DNA from: Nitrosopumilus sp.
GTDB lineage: Archaea > Thermoproteota > Nitrososphaeria > Nitrososphaerales > Nitrosopumilaceae
Assembly: GCA_965207075.1 (NCBI GenBank)
Contig: CBDBLO010000002.1
Coordinates: forward strand, 1,056,001 to 1,120,000
DNA length: 64,000 nucleotides
Direction: 5' to 3'
The position numbers and the translations under genes are program-made. The notes under the pieces were generated by a model. The model searched no databases. It was not told the DNA's origin and saw only the letters and a list, made by a program, of their open reading frames with translations. Below are positions 51,960 through 61,677 of this stretch, piece after piece. Every line of letters starts with the position of its first letter. Within the stretch, counting starts at the first letter, position 1.

Positions 51960-52150
51960 TGCCGCGGCCGTAGGCGGCGCCCGGCCTGGCCGTACATGAT
52001 CGTCTTGTGGGCCTTTTCCGCCGGGTTATGCCCCCCAGCGCGCTGGATCCTCTCAGACGCGCCGTACGCGGTGCAGCCGTCCATCGTGACGGGTATGCGG
52101 AAGCACGGGCGGCGCGTGTCCGGCACGATCCCGCCCTTTGAGTCGCCGTT
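51960..52150 (-). pseudogene. Highly decayed IS66-like fragment
   Basis: IPVTMDGCTAYG...IQR...HNPAEKAHK resembles the IS66 VTDGYxAY, QRC and NNxAER motifs. Confidence 0.45.
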
Positions 52151-52463
52151 CGTGTATCATGCGGGCCGTAGGACACACAAGAAGGGAGACGAACCCCCTC
52201 CCCCCCGGGGGAGGGGCGCGTTTCTGCCTGCTGCGGGGACTCGATCTGATGCCGGGCCTGTCCGGGAGTGTGAGTATGGGGACGAGAACCGGACTCCCCC
52301 CGAATGGGTGGGCGCACTGCGGGCGCGTGTGCGCGGAAAATTTGCTGGCGGCAGCAGAAAGCCGCTTCTTTTCGCCTATAGTGCGTGCGTGCATTCCTTT
52401 TATTGCCTTGTCAATATTATCTGACCTTGAGTCTTATGTGCAAACACGCCGAAAAACCAGCGA

Positions 52464-55400
52464 ATGCTGACTTTCCGCGGTTTTGCCACAGTTGCTGTCG
52501 GCCGTGCCGGACCCCGGAGACGGTCGCCGGGTCGGCCGTTGGCCGTATTTGCGGTGCTGCTGCTGGTGGCGACGGCCGCCGGGGCGCTCGTGCTGCTGCC
52601 CGGCCTGCAAGGCGCGCCGCAGGCGGACGATGGCGGATCGGAGCGGGGGGCGCCGTATGCGCAGCCGGCGCTGTATGCGCAGCCAGCGCAGGGCAGCGGG
52701 ACGCCTGCGTGGCCGTTCCCGTACGCGCCGGCGCAGGCGCTGCACGCGGCCGGTGCGGCAGGGGCCGCGCCATCCGCGGATCTCGCGCCCGCCCCGCCTT
52801 GGCCCGCCCTGGCGGATGCGCCGGGGCATGCGGCGCTACTGCTGCTGCCGCAGGCGCACGCGCAGGCGCCTGACACCGGCGCCTTTGTCACCACGTGGAA
52901 CACCACCGGGAGGCCTATCAGCTCTACTTCCAGCCTGGCGGACGTCCGCTTCCACATAGGCGTGGCGCCCGGCGGCCAGGCGTACATAGACTGGGGGGAC
53001 GGCTACGCGCCGCGGTCGTACAACGCGTCCGGACCAGTGTACCGCTTTTACACGTACGACGGGCCTCCCGCGCCCAGAAATGCCACGGTGTCGATCTCCG
53101 GCGACTTGGCGCACTTTTACTTTCACTACTATGAACCCTCCCTGACCGGGGACACCCCGGATAAGCTCCTGTCACTGGACCAGTGGGGCGACATCAGGTG
53201 GTCCGACATGACGTACATGTTCAGGGGCGCCAAAAACATGCAGTACCTAGCGGCCGACGCGCCGGACCTCTCCTCCCGGCCCTCAGTGGCGGGCATGTTT
53301 TACAAGACGTACTTTGACGGCGACCTGTCCGGATGGGACGTGTCGCCCCTGACCAGCACAAAACAGATGTTCTACAGGGCCTACGGCTTTGACGGCGACC
53401 TGTCCGGATGGGACGTCTCCGGCGTGACCGACATGACGTACATGTTCTTTGGAGCCAGCGCATTCAACGGCGACATCTCCGGATGGGATGTCTCCAGCGT
53501 GGAGCACATGACGCAGATGTTCATGTCCGCAGACTCCTTCAACGGCGACATCTCCGGATGGGACGTCTCCTCCGTGAAGTTCATGACGCAGATGTTCAAG
53601 GCCGCAGAGTCCTTCAACGGTGACATCTCCGGCTGGAACGTCTCCTCCGTGGACGACCCGTACGGCATGGCTCTCATGCTGGACTACGCCTTCTCCTTTG
53701 ACAGGAACCTGGGGCCGTGGTTTATCGTCCTGGATGACACGCACGTAGACCACGGCGGGACGCTGGTTGCGGACATATCCCCGCAAGTCGGGTTCGACAC
53801 TGGCGTTGACAACTACAACATCACGGGCGCCGACGCCGATCATTTCGCGATCACGGACGGGCGACTCGTCCTCAATTCCGCGTCTGACCATCACTCCAAA
53901 TCCGAGTACCGCATAACGATAACTGCCAACACCACCGAGGTGAACCTCATCTCTCCCGGCATGGAGCATTCCATCTCCCCCACCATCAGGGTCAAGTCAC
54001 CCTCCCAGTCGGCCCCGGTCGTCGCCTCCATCACGAGGCACGACCCCGCCTTTGCCACCACCGACGGCGGCACGCTCGTGTTCGGCGTGGAGTTCAGCAA
54101 GGCCGTGACCGGCGTGGACGCGGGCGACTTTGCGCTAGCCCCGGGCAGCCCGGGCGTCGACTACCTGAAGCACACGTACTCCAGCTCGCCGGCCCTGCGC
54201 GTGCCGTACGACGTATACACGGATGACACGATTACAGTCACCGACTCCGGGAAGGCCTCGTCCGTGTCAGTATCGGTGGACATCGAGCACGACTACATCA
54301 GCGACCTCCTAGTGCAGCTCGTGGCGCCCGACGGCACCGCCAGGATGCTGCACGACCGCGCCGGCGGCGGCGGCAACAACATAACCAAGACCTACGAGGT
54401 GGACCTTGCCGGCGTCGAGATCAACGGGGACTGGGCGCTGCGCCTCCACGACGACTACGACGGGGACGAGGGCACCCTGCACAGCTGGAACCTGACGCTC
54501 GGGGTGGACGCCAAACGGGTGACCTCCGTTGCCGGCTCGGGCAGCCAGTACTACGTCACAGTCGCGTCGCCGCAGCCAGGCACGTACAACCTGGATATCT
54601 CGCGGTACAACGACATCGCGGATAGTTCGGGCCGCGCCCTGTCGTCCCTTGCCCCTGCAGGGGACGACCAGTCCTACACCGTCACCCCCCCGTCCCGGCC
54701 GGTGATCACGCTGCTTGGATCGCCGACCGTGTCCGTGCCGGTCGGCTCCACATACGCGGACGCCGGCGCCGCGTGCGACGACGGCCACGGCAACGACATC
54801 TCGGCCAGGCTGGTCACCGTAAATCCAGTAGACACGGGCGCCGCCGACACGTACACAGTAACTTACGAGTGCTCATCCGATTCGGGTAGGTCCGCCGCCC
54901 CTGCAACCCGGACTGTAACCGTGTCGGAGCCGCCCCCGCACGTGGAGTCCATCACGAGGCACGACCCGGCCGACGCCGCCACCGACAGCGGCACGCTCAC
55001 GTTCGGCGTGGCGTTCAGCAAGGCCGTGACCGGCGTGGACGCGGGCGACTTTGCGCTCGCGGCTGGCAGCCCGGGCGCCGACTACCTGGAGCACGCGTAC
55101 TCCAGCTCGCCTGCCCTGCACGTGCCGTACGACGTATACACGGATGACACGATTACGGTCACCGACTCCGGGAAGGCCTCGTCCGTGTCAGTATCGGTGG
55201 ACATTACGCATGGCTACATCGGCGACCTTTTGGTGCAGCTCGTGGCGCCCGACGGCACCGCCAAGACGCTGCACAACCGCACCGGCGCCGGCTATGATAA
55301 CAACATAACCAAGACCTACGAGGTGGACCTTGCCGGGACCGAGATCAGCGGGGACTGGACGCTGCGCCTCCACGACAACTACGACGGGGACGAGGGCACC

Positions 55401-57815
55401 CTGCACATCTGGAACCTGACGCTCCGGGTGGACGCCACACGGGCGGCCTCCGTTGCCGGCTCGGGCAGCCAGTACTATGTCACGGTCGCGTCGCTGCAGG
55501 CGGGCACGTACAACCTGGACGTCGCGGGGGACAACGACATCGTAGATGGCTCGGGCCGCGCCCTGTCGGGCCCTGCTCCAACAGGCGAAGACCAGTCCTA
55601 CACCGTCACCGTCCGGATTCTGCCGGTGATCACGCTGCTTGGATCGCCGACTGTGTCCGTGCCGGTCGGCTCCACATACGCGGACGCCGGCGCCACGTGC
55701 GACGACGGCCACGGCAACGACATCTCGTCCAGGCTGGTCACCATAAATCCAGTAGACACGGGCGCCGCCGACACGTACACAGTAACTTACGAGTGCTCAT
55801 CCGATTCGGGTAAGTCCGCCGCCCCGGCAACCCGGACGGTGACCGTGTCAGATCCACCTCCATACGTGGAGTCCATCACGAGGCACGACCCCGCCTTTGC
55901 CACCACCGACAGCGGCACGCTCGTGTTCGGCGTGGCGTTCAGCAAGGCCGTGACCGGCGTGGACGCGGGCGACTTTGCGCTCGCCCCGGGCAGCCCGGGC
56001 GCCGGCACCCTGATGTATGAATACTCCAGCTCGCCTGCCCTGCACGTGCCGTACGACGTGTACACGGCTGACACGATTGCAGTCACCGACTCCGGCGCGG
56101 CCTCGTCCGTGTCCGTGTCCGTTGACATCGAGCACGGCTACATCGGCGACCTCCTGGTGCAGCTCGTGGCGCCCGACGGCACCGCCAAGACGCTGCACAA
56201 CCGCACCGACAGTCACAATGACAACATAACCAAGGCCTACGAGGTGGACCTTGCCGGAACCGAGATCAGCGGGAACTGGACGCTGCGCCTCCACGACAAC
56301 TACTACTTAGACGAGGGCACCCTGCACAGCTGGAACCTGACGCTCGGGGTGGACGTCGAACGGGTGACCTCCGTTGCCGGCTCGGGCAGCCAGTACTACG
56401 TCACAGTCGCGTCGCTGCAGCCGGGCACGTACAACCTGAATATCGCGGAGGACAACGACATCGCGGACGGCTCGGGCCGCGCCCTGTCGGGCCTTGCCCC
56501 GGCAGGCGACGACCAGTCATACACGGTCACCCCGCCGTCCCAGCCGGTGATCACGCTGGCCGGCCCGCCGACGGTGTCCGTATCAACCGGCTCCGCGTAC
56601 GCGGACGACGGCGCCACGTGCGATGACGGCAACGGCAACGACATCTCGTCCAGACTGGTCACGACGAATCCCGTAAACACGGGTGTCGCCGGCACGTACA
56701 CCGTAACGTACGAATGCTCATCCGATTCGGGTAGGTCCGCCGCCCCGGCAACCCGGACGGTGACCGTGTCAGATCCACCTCCATACGTGGAGTCCATCAC
56801 TAGATATGACCCGGCCGACGCCGCCACCGACAGCGGCACGCTCGTGTTCAACGTGACGTTCAGCAAGGCCGTGACCGGCGTGGACGCGGGCGACTTTGCG
56901 CTCGCGCCTGGCAGCCCGGGCGCCACCCACCTGGAGCACACGTACTCCAGCTCGCCGGCCCTGCACGTGCCGTACGACGTGTACACGGCTGACACGATTG
57001 CAGTCACCGACTCCGGCGCGGCCTCGTCCGTGTCCGTGTCCGTTGACATCGAGCACGAACACGTAGGCGACCTCCTGGTGCAGCTCGTGGCGCCCGACGG
57101 CACCGCCAGGACGCTGCACGACCGCGCCGGCCGATCCGCCGACGACATAACCAAGGCCTACGAGGTGGACCTTGCCGGAACCGAGATCAGCGGGAACTGG
57201 ACGATGCGCCTCCACGACAACTACGATGCGGACGAGGGCACCCTGCACAGCTGGAACCTGACGCTCGGGGTAGGCTTCGACCCGGAGACTTCCGTTGCCG
57301 GCTCGGGCAGCCAGTACTACGTCACAGTCGCGTCGCCGCAGGCAGGCACGTACAACCTGGATATCGCGGAGGACAACGACATCGCGGACGGCTCGGGCCG
57401 CGCCCTGTCGGGCCTTGCCCCGGCAGGCGCCGACCAGTCCTACACGGTCACCGCCACGCCTGGATCCAAAACGCTCGCGCGTACCAGCTCGCCGGCCCTG
57501 CACGTGCCGTACGACGCGTACACGGCTGACACAATTACAGTCACCGACTCCGGCACGGCCGTGTCCGTGTCCGTGTCCGTTGACATCGAGCACGAACACG
57601 TAGGCGACCTCCTGGTGCAGCTCGTGGCGCCCGACGGCACCACCAGGACGCTGCACGACCGCGCCGGCCGATCCGCCGACGACATAACCAAGACTTACGA
57701 GGTGGACCTTGCCGGAATCGCTATCAACGGAATATGGACGCTGCATCTTCACGACAACTATAACGGAGACGAGGGCACCCTGAACAGCTGGACACTTATG
57801 ATCGACTACAGATGA
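52464..57815 (+). CDS. 1783-aa modular surface protein: DUF285 repeats, cadherin-like domain, 5 proprotein-convertase P-domains, split Ig-like domains and 3 DUF5011 domains
   Basis: Hydrophobic N-terminal segment; FxGDxSGWDVS repeats; VSVDIxHxxIGDLLVQLVAPDG...GxWxLRLHD...GTLHSW five times; PVITLLG...YADAGAxCDD. Confidence 0.9.
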   Translation: MLTFRGFATVAVGRAGPRRRSPGRPLAVFAVLLLVATAAGALVLLPGLQGAPQADDGGSERGAPYAQPALYAQPAQGSGTPAWPFPYAPAQALHAAGAAGAAPSADLAPAPPWPALADAPGHAALLLLPQAHAQAPDTGAFVTTWNTTGRPISSTSSLADVRFHIGVAPGGQAYIDWGDGYAPRSYNASGPVYRFYTYDGPPAPRNATVSISGDLAHFYFHYYEPSLTGDTPDKLLSLDQWGDIRWSDMTYMFRGAKNMQYLAADAPDLSSRPSVAGMFYKTYFDGDLSGWDVSPLTSTKQMFYRAYGFDGDLSGWDVSGVTDMTYMFFGASAFNGDISGWDVSSVEHMTQMFMSADSFNGDISGWDVSSVKFMTQMFKAAESFNGDISGWNVSSVDDPYGMALMLDYAFSFDRNLGPWFIVLDDTHVDHGGTLVADISPQVGFDTGVDNYNITGADADHFAITDGRLVLNSASDHHSKSEYRITITANTTEVNLISPGMEHSISPTIRVKSPSQSAPVVASITRHDPAFATTDGGTLVFGVEFSKAVTGVDAGDFALAPGSPGVDYLKHTYSSSPALRVPYDVYTDDTITVTDSGKASSVSVSVDIEHDYISDLLVQLVAPDGTARMLHDRAGGGGNNITKTYEVDLAGVEINGDWALRLHDDYDGDEGTLHSWNLTLGVDAKRVTSVAGSGSQYYVTVASPQPGTYNLDISRYNDIADSSGRALSSLAPAGDDQSYTVTPPSRPVITLLGSPTVSVPVGSTYADAGAACDDGHGNDISARLVTVNPVDTGAADTYTVTYECSSDSGRSAAPATRTVTVSEPPPHVESITRHDPADAATDSGTLTFGVAFSKAVTGVDAGDFALAAGSPGADYLEHAYSSSPALHVPYDVYTDDTITVTDSGKASSVSVSVDITHGYIGDLLVQLVAPDGTAKTLHNRTGAGYDNNITKTYEVDLAGTEISGDWTLRLHDNYDGDEGTLHIWNLTLRVDATRAASVAGSGSQYYVTVASLQAGTYNLDVAGDNDIVDGSGRALSGPAPTGEDQSYTVTVRILPVITLLGSPTVSVPVGSTYADAGATCDDGHGNDISSRLVTINPVDTGAADTYTVTYECSSDSGKSAAPATRTVTVSDPPPYVESITRHDPAFATTDSGTLVFGVAFSKAVTGVDAGDFALAPGSPGAGTLMYEYSSSPALHVPYDVYTADTIAVTDSGAASSVSVSVDIEHGYIGDLLVQLVAPDGTAKTLHNRTDSHNDNITKAYEVDLAGTEISGNWTLRLHDNYYLDEGTLHSWNLTLGVDVERVTSVAGSGSQYYVTVASLQPGTYNLNIAEDNDIADGSGRALSGLAPAGDDQSYTVTPPSQPVITLAGPPTVSVSTGSAYADDGATCDDGNGNDISSRLVTTNPVNTGVAGTYTVTYECSSDSGRSAAPATRTVTVSDPPPYVESITRYDPADAATDSGTLVFNVTFSKAVTGVDAGDFALAPGSPGATHLEHTYSSSPALHVPYDVYTADTIAVTDSGAASSVSVSVDIEHEHVGDLLVQLVAPDGTARTLHDRAGRSADDITKAYEVDLAGTEISGNWTMRLHDNYDADEGTLHSWNLTLGVGFDPETSVAGSGSQYYVTVASPQAGTYNLDIAEDNDIADGSGRALSGLAPAGADQSYTVTATPGSKTLARTSSPALHVPYDAYTADTITVTDSGTAVSVSVSVDIEHEHVGDLLVQLVAPDGTTRTLHDRAGRSADDITKTYEVDLAGIAINGIWTLHLHDNYNGDEGTLNSWTLMIDYR
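54015..57810 (+). repeat. Four near-identical ~0.92-kb coding units (last lacks DUF5011) plus a terminal P-domain
   Basis: TCCATCAC...GACCC unit starts near 54027, 54948, 55872 and 56793. Confidence 0.9.
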
Positions 57816-57839
57816 CGTGCCTGAACAGCCGGCCTCCTA

Positions 57840-58060
57840 TGGCCAACTGCAGGCTGCAACGGACATCGCCCTTTGGAGCAGTCTGCCGGCCAGAGCCAAA
57901 CTGGCTTGTACGAACAGTCGTATTCCAGATGCGCCGCCGCCCTTCATGCTTTCCGCGGCAGTATACAACTCGTGGGTCATGGCAAACGCCATGCTGGCGC
58001 GGCGCCACAACGTATCGGCCGGGGAGCCTCTCATCACACAGCAGCAGATCAAAGGTGGTG
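57840..58060 (+). pseudogene. ISH3-like transposase C-terminal remnant
   Basis: TNSRIPD...FMLSAAVYNSWVMANAML...PLITQ parallels TRSKNAE...FLYGIMLFNAWVMFNIL...PVVTQ of 4084-5322. Confidence 0.6.
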
Positions 58061-58671
58061 AAAGTGAAGGGCGTCAATTCCAAGCTTCATGAGATAACAA
58101 AAAAGCCAATACTCCGAATGATGGCGCTCTTAGGCCCGTACAATCCCAGAAGGACGTGCTTGACGCGCTGGACCGCTCCATGTGCGACAGGAGGGAGTTG
58201 GGCAGACTTCAGAAAATATGGTCTTCTTGATTTCACAGGCATGATGTGATGGGTCTCCCCCATCCAAACGTCAATTATCAACGTGTTCAGTACGCTTATT
58301 GAAACCTAAAAAAGCAGCAAACTGGGTGCGAATTATACAAGAGTGTGGGCCGAATACAATAGACGAGACTGTGGCCCCGTCGACCGGACCGTCCGGATCA
58401 AGCGGCGCTCCTGCCATGTTACAAAGTATTGCCAAGGCCGCCCCGTGCAGGGCCCGGTCTCCCTGCTGCCTGTAGCATGCCCCGGTGCTCTCCTCCGGTA
58501 CCCCCTGTCGACATCAGTGTCCCCCGCTGCACCCGCCCCGGCGGTAGGCTGGCGGCGTGGGCCATCAGGCCGCCTGTGATCCTGCGTCGTGCGCGGCGGT
58601 GTTCCGGCCTCGGATCCACATGATGGGGTCGTGCGCGGCGCGGCATCTCCGCCCTTCCGTGCATGCCGCAT

Positions 58672-58854
58672 TCACAGGTTCGACGCCCTTTCGAACTTTA
58701 CGTCCGTGTCGTCCCTGTCGAGCGCGAATCCGCAGTTGCGGCACCTCGTCCCATCAAACGTGTTCCTTTCTGCCAGCCTGCCTGACTTTGTGCGGTGCTG
58801 CGTGCAGCTTCTGGGGCACGTGCGGAGCCTCCCTGCCGGCGTCTTTGCCCCCAT
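58672..58854 (-). CDS. Putative small zinc-ribbon protein
   Basis: CPRSC...CRNCG; TAAAATA ~25 nt upstream of ATG 58854. Could instead be a TnpB zinc-ribbon remnant (CxxCGxxLDRD). Confidence 0.4.
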   Translation of the reverse strand: MGAKTPAGRLRTCPRSCTQHRTKSGRLAERNTFDGTRCRNCGFALDRDDTDVKFERASNL

Positions 58855-58937
58855 GCATGCCGGACGCACGCGCTCTATTTTACTGATGCTGGCGACGGGA
58901 CTCGATTCGGTGCGCTCCTATGCGTGCACGCGGCGCG

Positions 58938-59984
58938 TCATGCGCCGTCCCCGCCACTGCTGCTGAGATACTCGTCTACGTCTAGCGCTGCCATGCAGCC
59001 AAACCCCGCCGCCGTGACGGCCTGCCTGTAGGTTGCATCGTGGACGTCCCCGGCGGCAAAGACTCCCTTGGCGCTGGTGCCCTGCCCGTCGCCCTTTAAC
59101 ACCACGTACTTTTTGGCGTCGAGATCGACCTGCCCCTCGAATAGGTCCGTGTTCGGCTTGTGCCCTATTGCAACGAAGAGGGCCCCCACGTCTAGCGTGT
59201 CCTCGTCGCCGGTCTTGGTGTTTCTTAGCACGATCTGCCTTACTTTGTTCTCGTCACCCCTTATGTCGGTCACCACCGAGTCCCAATGAAACACCATCTT
59301 CTTGTTTGCAAAGGCCCTTGTCTGCATGGCCTTGCTTGCGCGCAGCTCGTCCCTCCTGTGTATCAGGTGCACCTCCGTTCCGAACTTTGTCAGGAACGTC
59401 GCCTCCTCCATGGCCGTGTCTCCGCCCCCCACTACCACAATGGGCTGTCCCCTGAAGAACGGACCGTCGCACGTGGCGCAGTACGAGACCCCGCGCCCTC
59501 CGAACGTCTGCTCGCCCTCGAGCCCCAGTTTTTTCGGAGTCGCGCCCGTCGCTATGATTATGGCCCGTGCCTCGTATTCGGCGCTACCCGTCAGTACCCT
59601 GAGTGGGTTGCCCCTAAAGTCCACGTTTGTGACCTCGTGGTCCAGTATGGTGGTCCCCATCCTGGCACACTGCTTGCGCATGTCGATCATCAGGTCGGGG
59701 CCCATCACGCCGGACTTGAACCCGGGATAGTTCTCCACGTCCGTGGTGTTCACAAGCTGGCCTCCCGGCAGTATGCCTGAGAGCAGGAGCGTGTCATAGC
59801 CGCCACGGGAGCAGTATATCCCGGCCGTGTACCCGGCAGGACCTCCTCCGATTATAATCACATCGTACGATGTCTTGTCCCTGGCAGGGCCCGCATCGGC
59901 GTCTGGCCTTCTTCCTGCTCCGCCCGCGCCGTCACCGGAGCCACTGGCCTGTGACTCTGCAGCAGCTTCTGCTCCCGCCATCAT
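58938..59984 (-). CDS. trxB: Thioredoxin-disulfide reductase
   Basis: IIGGGPAG, VENYPGF, GVSYCATCDG, VGGGDTAMEEA, FVAIGHKPNT, FAAGDV. Confidence 0.95.
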   Translation of the reverse strand: MMAGAEAAAESQASGSGDGAGGAGRRPDADAGPARDKTSYDVIIIGGGPAGYTAGIYCSRGGYDTLLLSGILPGGQLVNTTDVENYPGFKSGVMGPDLMIDMRKQCARMGTTILDHEVTNVDFRGNPLRVLTGSAEYEARAIIIATGATPKKLGLEGEQTFGGRGVSYCATCDGPFFRGQPIVVVGGGDTAMEEATFLTKFGTEVHLIHRRDELRASKAMQTRAFANKKMVFHWDSVVTDIRGDENKVRQIVLRNTKTGDEDTLDVGALFVAIGHKPNTDLFEGQVDLDAKKYVVLKGDGQGTSAKGVFAAGDVHDATYRQAVTAAGFGCMAALDVDEYLSSSGGDGA

Positions 59985-60207
59985 GAATGCAACCCGAGCC
60001 ATGACAAATTTAAAGCCAATGCTGACGCGGCTTCCGCAAGCCGGCCTGCCGCGGGCGCGCCGGATGCCGCGCGCCGTGCGGCTTCTGACCCGTCCAAAGG
60101 GATGGGCGCCGCCGGGCGGACATCCAAACCGTAACAATACGTTTGAATACATACTAGATCGGCATATTTTTATATTCGTACCTAATTGTACCGTTAAGGA
60201 AGGTACA

Positions 60208-60597
60208 ATGCCAAAAGAAGGATTCAAGTCGATAACCGTCTCTGACTATATCTACGACCGGTTCCAGGAAGTCTACAACGGCAACAAGGAGACTCTGGCC
60301 ACGAAGGGCGTCAGGAGCCTCTCCGGCTACGTCTCGTACATGCTAGAGGAGGCCATGAACCGCGACGAGACTTTTGCCCGGTATGCGCCAAAGATCGAGA
60401 GCATCTCAGTTGAGGACGACCGCGTCATACTCAAGGACAACCTGAAGAACCGCATAGTGGAGATAGTGCTTCAAAAGGGCGAGCTGCACTGCTTCCTTTG
60501 CGATGCGGCGGACTGCATACACGTGGGCTATGTGTATTCGATGCCCGACGTGTACACCGCCCTTGACGCAAAGGGCATGGGCCGGCGCCCCGACTGA
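60208..60597 (+). CDS. Hypothetical protein, RHH-like N-terminus and CxxC...CxH C-terminus
   Basis: MPKEGFKSITVSD...LHCFLCDAADCIH; TTTTTATAT promoter at ~60167-60175; T-run at ~60654-60662 downstream. Confidence 0.75.
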   Translation: MPKEGFKSITVSDYIYDRFQEVYNGNKETLATKGVRSLSGYVSYMLEEAMNRDETFARYAPKIESISVEDDRVILKDNLKNRIVEIVLQKGELHCFLCDAADCIHVGYVYSMPDVYTALDAKGMGRRPD

Positions 60598-60798
60598 CGT
60601 CGAAGGGACAAGAGCCGTGCCTGACACTGGCTGCAAGAAAGACTCTCTGTGTCTTTTTTTTTCACTGCATGCTTGCCCAAAAGTAGGCCCGGATGATTGG
60701 TTTTTGGTACTGGGTGTATCAGGCCTCAAACATCAGCGCGTATGGATTCATGGGGGGGGGGGGTGGAGGGGGCGCGGCAGCGGCAACCGTACGCCAAG

Positions 60799-61614
60799 TC
60801 ACGCCTTCATCTCATCGACCATTCTCCGGTGCCTGGCGCATAGCCGCGGGCTTGACACCTGGGTGCGTATCAGCTCGCTCTGCCAGTGTGCGTTATACAT
60901 GCGGCACGCGTCGTCCTGGCAGAACGCCTCCCCCGTCTCAAAGTACGCGACTGCCTGCAACAGGTACCCTCTTGCAATGTCCGGCATGCGGCGGTCGCCG
61001 CGTGTCATATAATCATATTTTCCGGCATCCTTGGCCGACACGTCGCCTGCGCCCCGCGCACGGCCGCCGGCCATGGCCGCGGCGTACAGTCCCGCAAGGC
61101 GCTCCGTATAGTACCCCCTAGGCCTTGCAGGGCCCTCGACAATCCCCTGCAGTGACACCAGGAACGGATTGGCCCCGACAAGCGTCCTTGCATGATATCT
61201 TTGGTCCCCCTCGTCAAACGTGCACGCAAGAACCCCCGTGAATACGACATGCAGTGTGGCGGGATCCGTGTGTGTCGGCCCGGGCCCCGCCCCAATCGTC
61301 TCGGACGCGGCATCGCACAGGGCAAACCCGTCGTACATGGCCGAGGAGCCGCCGTCCGGGCCGTCGCCACCACTGCCACCATCGCCTGCAGCCGCGACTG
61401 GTCCTCCCGCCACGTGTCCTGCGCGGCGCGCGCCCTCCGCACCGCATATCAGGGCCTTGGCCCTGTCACCCTCCGCAAAGGACCAGTCCTGCCTCAGTTC
61501 CACCCGTACCGCCGGAAACATGCCTCGTACGAACTCTGGCAGCCCCCGCGCGTTGATCTCTGTTGATACCTGAGGCTCGCAGCTGATTGCAATCCTTGAC
61601 GCCCTCATTGTCAT
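60799..61614 (-). CDS. DUF6775-like putative metallopeptidase
   Basis: YDGF, CTFDEGDQRYHAR, GIVEGPARPRGYY, FCQDDACRMYNAHWQSEL, LCARH. Confidence 0.7.
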   Translation of the reverse strand: MTMRASRIAISCEPQVSTEINARGLPEFVRGMFPAVRVELRQDWSFAEGDRAKALICGAEGARRAGHVAGGPVAAAGDGGSGGDGPDGGSSAMYDGFALCDAASETIGAGPGPTHTDPATLHVVFTGVLACTFDEGDQRYHARTLVGANPFLVSLQGIVEGPARPRGYYTERLAGLYAAAMAGGRARGAGDVSAKDAGKYDYMTRGDRRMPDIARGYLLQAVAYFETGEAFCQDDACRMYNAHWQSELIRTQVSSPRLCARHRRMVDEMKA

Positions 61615-61677
61615 CTACACCTCCGCCGATTCCTCAAACCGGCGCCGCGGGATCTGCCCCACGCCCCCGGCATCCTG

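Larger units (their letters stand above)
30415..58330. other. Accessory island of modular surface proteins and IS elements
   Basis: No housekeeping genes between serB and the trxB region; dense in IS elements and remnants, repeat proteins and lower-GC cargo. Right boundary approximate. Confidence 0.7.

Noticed and set aside
32171-57815. Diversity-generating retroelement template/variable repeat pairs
   Set aside because: No reverse transcriptase in the window, and differences between duplicated blocks do not look adenine-specific.
58060-58660. Further transposase remnants
   Set aside because: Too degenerate to assign by eye.
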